Part shown: piece by piece, positions 33,784 through 37,188 of the stretch | Numbering within the stretch: position 1 is the first letter of the stretch | Layout: each line of letters opens with the position of its first letter | Origin: Clostridia bacterium | Lineage (GTDB): Bacteria > Bacillota > Clostridia > Oscillospirales > CAG-272 | DNA: 37,188 bases | NCBI GenBank assembly: GCA_017629395.1 | Contig: JAGBXH010000053.1 | Coordinates: 1 to 37,188 of the forward strand | Reading direction: 5' to 3' | Notes under the pieces: model-generated | What the model saw: the letters and a program-made list of their open reading frames with translations, nothing else | Database searches by the model: none | What the model was told of the DNA's origin: nothing | Made by a program: the position numbers and the translations under genes

Positions 33784-35589
33784 TTATTCCTCAAACTGGC
33801 TGTAATACAGCTTTGCATACAGCCCATTCTGTTCAAGCAGCGACTCGTGCGTGCCGCGCTCCACGATGTTGCCGTCCTGCATGACTAAGATGAGGTCGGC
33901 ATTTTTGATGGTGGAGAGGCGGTGCGCTACGATAAACGAGGTGCGCCCCTGCATCATTTCGGCAAACGCACTCTGAATCTTTAGCTCGGTACGCGTGTCG
34001 ATGGACGAGGTTGCCTCGTCAAGGATCAGCATAGGCGGCAGGCGCAGCATGACGCGTGCGATGCACAGGAGCTGTCGCTGTCCCTGAGAGAGCGTGTCGT
34101 TGTCGCCGCCGATCACGGTATCATAGCCGTTTGGCAAGCGGCGAATGAAGGAGTGTGCGTGGCACGCCTTGGCGGCTGCTACGATCTGCTCGTCGGTCGC
34201 ATCGGGATGGCCGAGCGCAATATTGGCGCGCACGGTATCGTGCTTGAGATGTGTGTCCTGCAGCACCATGCCGATGTTTTGTCGCAGGCTGTGACGCGTG
34301 ATGCGCCGCGTGGGCGTGCCGTCCACCTTGATGTCGCCCTCGGTGGTATCGTAGAAGCGCATAAGCAGGTTGATCAGCGTGGTTTTGCCGCAGCCGGTAG
34401 GGCCAACAATGGCAACGCGCTGTCCTTCCTTGATATCCAAGGATAGGTTCTCTATCAAGGGGCGGTCGGGGGTATAGGAGAAGCTGACATGGTCAAACGC
34501 GACCTCGCCGCGTGCCTTGTGCAGCACGTGCGCGTCGGGGGCATCGGGCGTTTCCGGTTCGGTGTCGATCAGCTCAAACAGTCTGCCCGCGCAGGTCAGT
34601 GCGTTTTGCAGCTCGGTGATCACGCCCGAGATCTCGTTGAAGGGCTTGGTGTATTGGTTGGCATAGGAAAGAAAACAGGAGAGCTGACCCACGCTGAGTG
34701 ATGCGCCGCCCGTGGCAATCGCCATCAGAGCACCCACCAGCACCACGCCCGCGTACACGAGATTGTTGACAAAGCGGGTGGAGGGGTTGGTCAGGGAAGA
34801 GAAGAAGGTTGCCTTTTGCGAAATTGCGGCAAGACGCGCGTTGACTGCGTCAAAGTCTGCAAGCGCCTCGTCACCGCGGTTAAAGGCTGTCACAAGCTTG
34901 TGGTTGCCAAGCATTTCGTCCACAAGCGCGGTCTGCTCGGCGCGGGTTTTGGACTGATTTTTGAAGTAGGTGTGCGTCTTTTTGGTGATAAATGCTGCCA
35001 CGAACAAGGAAAGCGGTGTGACCAGCACCACCACCAGCGCAATGCCCGGATGCACCGTGAACATGATCAACAGTGTGCCGAGAATGGTCAGAATACCGGT
35101 AAAGAACTGCGAAAAGCCGAGCAGCAAGCCGTCTGTTACGGCATCGGCGTCGGAAATGACGCGGCTGACCGTGTCGCCCACGGGCTTTGCGTCAAGATAG
35201 GCAAGCGGCAGCACCTGCACGCGCTCAAAGGCGTCTTGGCGCAGCCTGCGCACGATGCCGAACGCAATGCGGTTGTTGCACACGTTCATCAGCCATTGCA
35301 GCAGCGCGGTCACGCCTGTGGCAAGGCAAATGAGCACTAAAATAGCGGGAATGGTGTTAAGCTGCTCGGCAGTTACACCAAAGGGCTGTGCGAGCCTGCA
35401 AAGCAGAGCGAACGTGCCGCGCTCGGCAAAGGTTTGATCGCCGGCAAGCAGGTCAATGGCGTCACCCGTCAGCACGGGAATGCACAAGGTCAGCACCACC
35501 GAAACGGCAGCAAAGACCAAGGAAAGCAGGAGCAAAAGGCGATAATGCTTTAAGTATTTGAGTACGCGGAGGATGGTTTTGGTTTTCAT
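33784..35589 (-). CDS. ABC exporter, fused permease/ATPase (heterodimer subunit B)
   Basis: 601 aa. Six-TM domain, then Walker A GPTGCGKTT, signature LSQGQRQ, Walker B ILILDEATS. Confidence 0.9.
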   Translation of the reverse strand: MKTKTILRVLKYLKHYRLLLLLSLVFAAVSVVLTLCIPVLTGDAIDLLAGDQTFAERGTFALLCRLAQPFGVTAEQLNTIPAILVLICLATGVTALLQWLMNVCNNRIAFGIVRRLRQDAFERVQVLPLAYLDAKPVGDTVSRVISDADAVTDGLLLGFSQFFTGILTILGTLLIMFTVHPGIALVVVLVTPLSLFVAAFITKKTHTYFKNQSKTRAEQTALVDEMLGNHKLVTAFNRGDEALADFDAVNARLAAISQKATFFSSLTNPSTRFVNNLVYAGVVLVGALMAIATGGASLSVGQLSCFLSYANQYTKPFNEISGVITELQNALTCAGRLFELIDTEPETPDAPDAHVLHKARGEVAFDHVSFSYTPDRPLIENLSLDIKEGQRVAIVGPTGCGKTTLINLLMRFYDTTEGDIKVDGTPTRRITRHSLRQNIGMVLQDTHLKHDTVRANIALGHPDATDEQIVAAAKACHAHSFIRRLPNGYDTVIGGDNDTLSQGQRQLLCIARVMLRLPPMLILDEATSSIDTRTELKIQSAFAEMMQGRTSFIVAHRLSTIKNADLILVMQDGNIVERGTHESLLEQNGLYAKLYYSQFEE

Positions 35590-37188
35590 GCGCCCTGTCC
35601 TCCTTTGAACTGAGAATCATAGATCTCGCGGTAGACCGCGCAAGAAGACAGCAGAGCGTCGTGCGTGCCCTGACCCACCAAGGCACCGTCCTCCAGTACC
35701 AGAATCAGATCCGCGTGCGCGATGGATGCGGTGCGCTGGGAAACGATAAAGGTGGTGGGACTATGCGGCAGCGATTTGAGCGCGCGGCGCAACGCGGCGT
35801 CAGTGGCAAAGTCCAAGGCACTTGCGCTGTCGTCCAATATCAGCACGGGGGACTGCGCAACCAAAGCGCGCGCCACGGTCAGCCTTTGACGCTGACCGCC
35901 CGAGAAATTCGAGCCGTTTTGCGTCACGGGTGCGTCCAAGCCCTCGGGCTTTTGCTCTACGAATTCTTTTGCCTGCGCAGCATCGAGTGCTGCCCATAAT
36001 TGCTCGTCGGTAGCATTCTCATTGCCCCAAAGCAGGTTGGAGCGCACCGTACCGCTGACAAGCACCGCCTTTTGCGGCACGGTGACCACCGCTTCACGCA
36101 AGGTGACGGGATCGTAGGTCTTTACGTCCTTGCCGTCCACGAAAACGTGTCCCTCGGTCGCGTCGTAAAAGCGGGGAATCAGGTTGACAAGCGAGGATTT
36201 GCCCGAGCCGGTACCGCCGATGATGCCCACGGTCATGCCGGGTTTTACCGAAAAGCTGACGTTTTGCAGCGAGGGTGCGCCCGCACCCTGGTAGGTCAGC
36301 GTCACGTCCTCAAAGCAAACGCTGCTGCCGTCTGCCTTGTCGGGGGCAGGAGTGCCCTCGGTCATGCCGACTTCTGTGTCCAAAACGGATTGGATGCGCC
36401 CGCCGCAGGCAACTGCCTTTGTAATGGTGATGATAGTGTTGGCAAGCTTGACAAGCTCGACCAAGATCTGCGACATGTAGCTGACCAGCGCGATCAGCTC
36501 ACCGCGCGTCACTCCCTCGGGCAGCCCGAATTGCATAGAGCCAAACCACACAAGTGCCACGATGCCACCGTTGACCAATATGAAGGTCAGGGGATTCATC
36601 ATTGCGGTAATGCGGCCGACAAAATTCTGCAGCGCGGTCTGTGCTCTGTTGATTTCTCTGAACTCCTCCACCTCGCGCTGCTGCATGGAAAAGGCACGTA
36701 CTACACGCACGCCGCGCAAGGTTTCGCGTGTCTTGCCCGTGACGGCATCCAGTCGCGCTTGCACCTTTTTGTAAAGCGGAATGCCTGCTAAAATGATGGT
36801 GAACACCACCAAGGAGAGCAGGGGAATGATCACGGCAAAGATCCAAGCAAGGCTGGGCTTGACGAAAAACGCCATGATCATGGCACCGAACACAATGACG
36901 GGCGAGCGCAAAAGCAGGCGCAATGCCAAGTTAATGCCGGTTTGTATTTGATTGGTGTCGCTGGTCATACGGGTGACCATGGCAGCCGTGCCCATTTTGT
37001 CGGTCTGCTCGTGGGAAAAGCCCTGCAGATGCGCAAACAGATCATGGCGCAGCTTGGCGGCGCTGCCCACAGCCGCGCGTGCGGCAAAGTATTGCGCCAC
37101 CAGCGTGCAGGAAAGTCCCACCGCGGCAAGCAGCACCAAAAGCCCGAACATGCGCCACACGTAAGAAGTATCGCCCGACGCAATGCCC
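35586..37188 (-). CDS. ABC exporter, fused permease/ATPase (heterodimer subunit A), 5'-truncated by the window edge
   Basis: Walker A GGTGSGKSS, signature FSGGQRQR, Walker B LILDDSASALD. Its stop overlaps the next ATG (35586-35589). The first TM helix and true start appear to lie beyond 37188. Confidence 0.85.
   Translation of the reverse strand, partial: GIASGDTSYVWRMFGLLVLLAAVGLSCTLVAQYFAARAAVGSAAKLRHDLFAHLQGFSHEQTDKMGTAAMVTRMTSDTNQIQTGINLALRLLLRSPVIVFGAMIMAFFVKPSLAWIFAVIIPLLSLVVFTIILAGIPLYKKVQARLDAVTGKTRETLRGVRVVRAFSMQQREVEEFREINRAQTALQNFVGRITAMMNPLTFILVNGGIVALVWFGSMQFGLPEGVTRGELIALVSYMSQILVELVKLANTIITITKAVACGGRIQSVLDTEVGMTEGTPAPDKADGSSVCFEDVTLTYQGAGAPSLQNVSFSVKPGMTVGIIGGTGSGKSSLVNLIPRFYDATEGHVFVDGKDVKTYDPVTLREAVVTVPQKAVLVSGTVRSNLLWGNENATDEQLWAALDAAQAKEFVEQKPEGLDAPVTQNGSNFSGGQRQRLTVARALVAQSPVLILDDSASALDFATDAALRRALKSLPHSPTTFIVSQRTASIAHADLILVLEDGALVGQGTHDALLSSCAVYREIYDSQFKGGQGA

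Overview
GC-rich Firmicutes/Clostridia-type chromosomal segment. Gene content suggests an Oscillospiraceae/Ruminococcaceae-like anaerobe, but taxonomy is inference only. I call about 33 protein genes, nearly all housekeeping or ordinary accessory metabolism. In order they are: anSME + Cys-type sulfatase operon, LRR lipoprotein, TraX, SGNH hydrolase, ECF-like sigma with a beta-propeller anti-sigma-like partner, rlmH, YycJ-like MBL hydrolase, GHMP sugar kinase, abrB, RNase J, a PrsA-like membrane protein, Gfo/Idh/MocA oxidoreductase, lepA, hemW, DUF1292, Gx transporter, NfnAB-like pair, gdhA, CPBP protease, tadA, topB, aroK, and two ABC exporter genes (the last runs off the window). I found no rRNA/tRNA, CRISPR array, transposase/integrase, or recognisable defence or toxin system, so I do not claim a novel protein-based system. 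The unexplained signal is non-coding or very small. (i) A roughly 150-nt multi-hairpin intergenic element family with invariant loops and fully covarying stems: three copies plus a degenerate one. (ii) GTAG-headed REP/REPIN-like hairpins with a conserved 10-nt loop, including a 3 x 43-bp tandem array. (iii) A roughly 295-bp TIR-bounded, hairpin-dense element between topB and aroK. (iv) A roughly 360-nt gene-free, highly paired region ending in a clean terminator downstream of DUF1292. (v) A 42-aa Cys/Gly-rich membrane peptide gene below the ORF-track cut-off. (vi) An RNase J with a roughly 150-aa Lys/Ala/Pro-rich N-terminal extension behind a consensus promoter and a long leader. Many long ORFs in the track are codon-aligned antisense artefacts. 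All calls rest on motif reading by eye; no homology search or folding calculation was possible.
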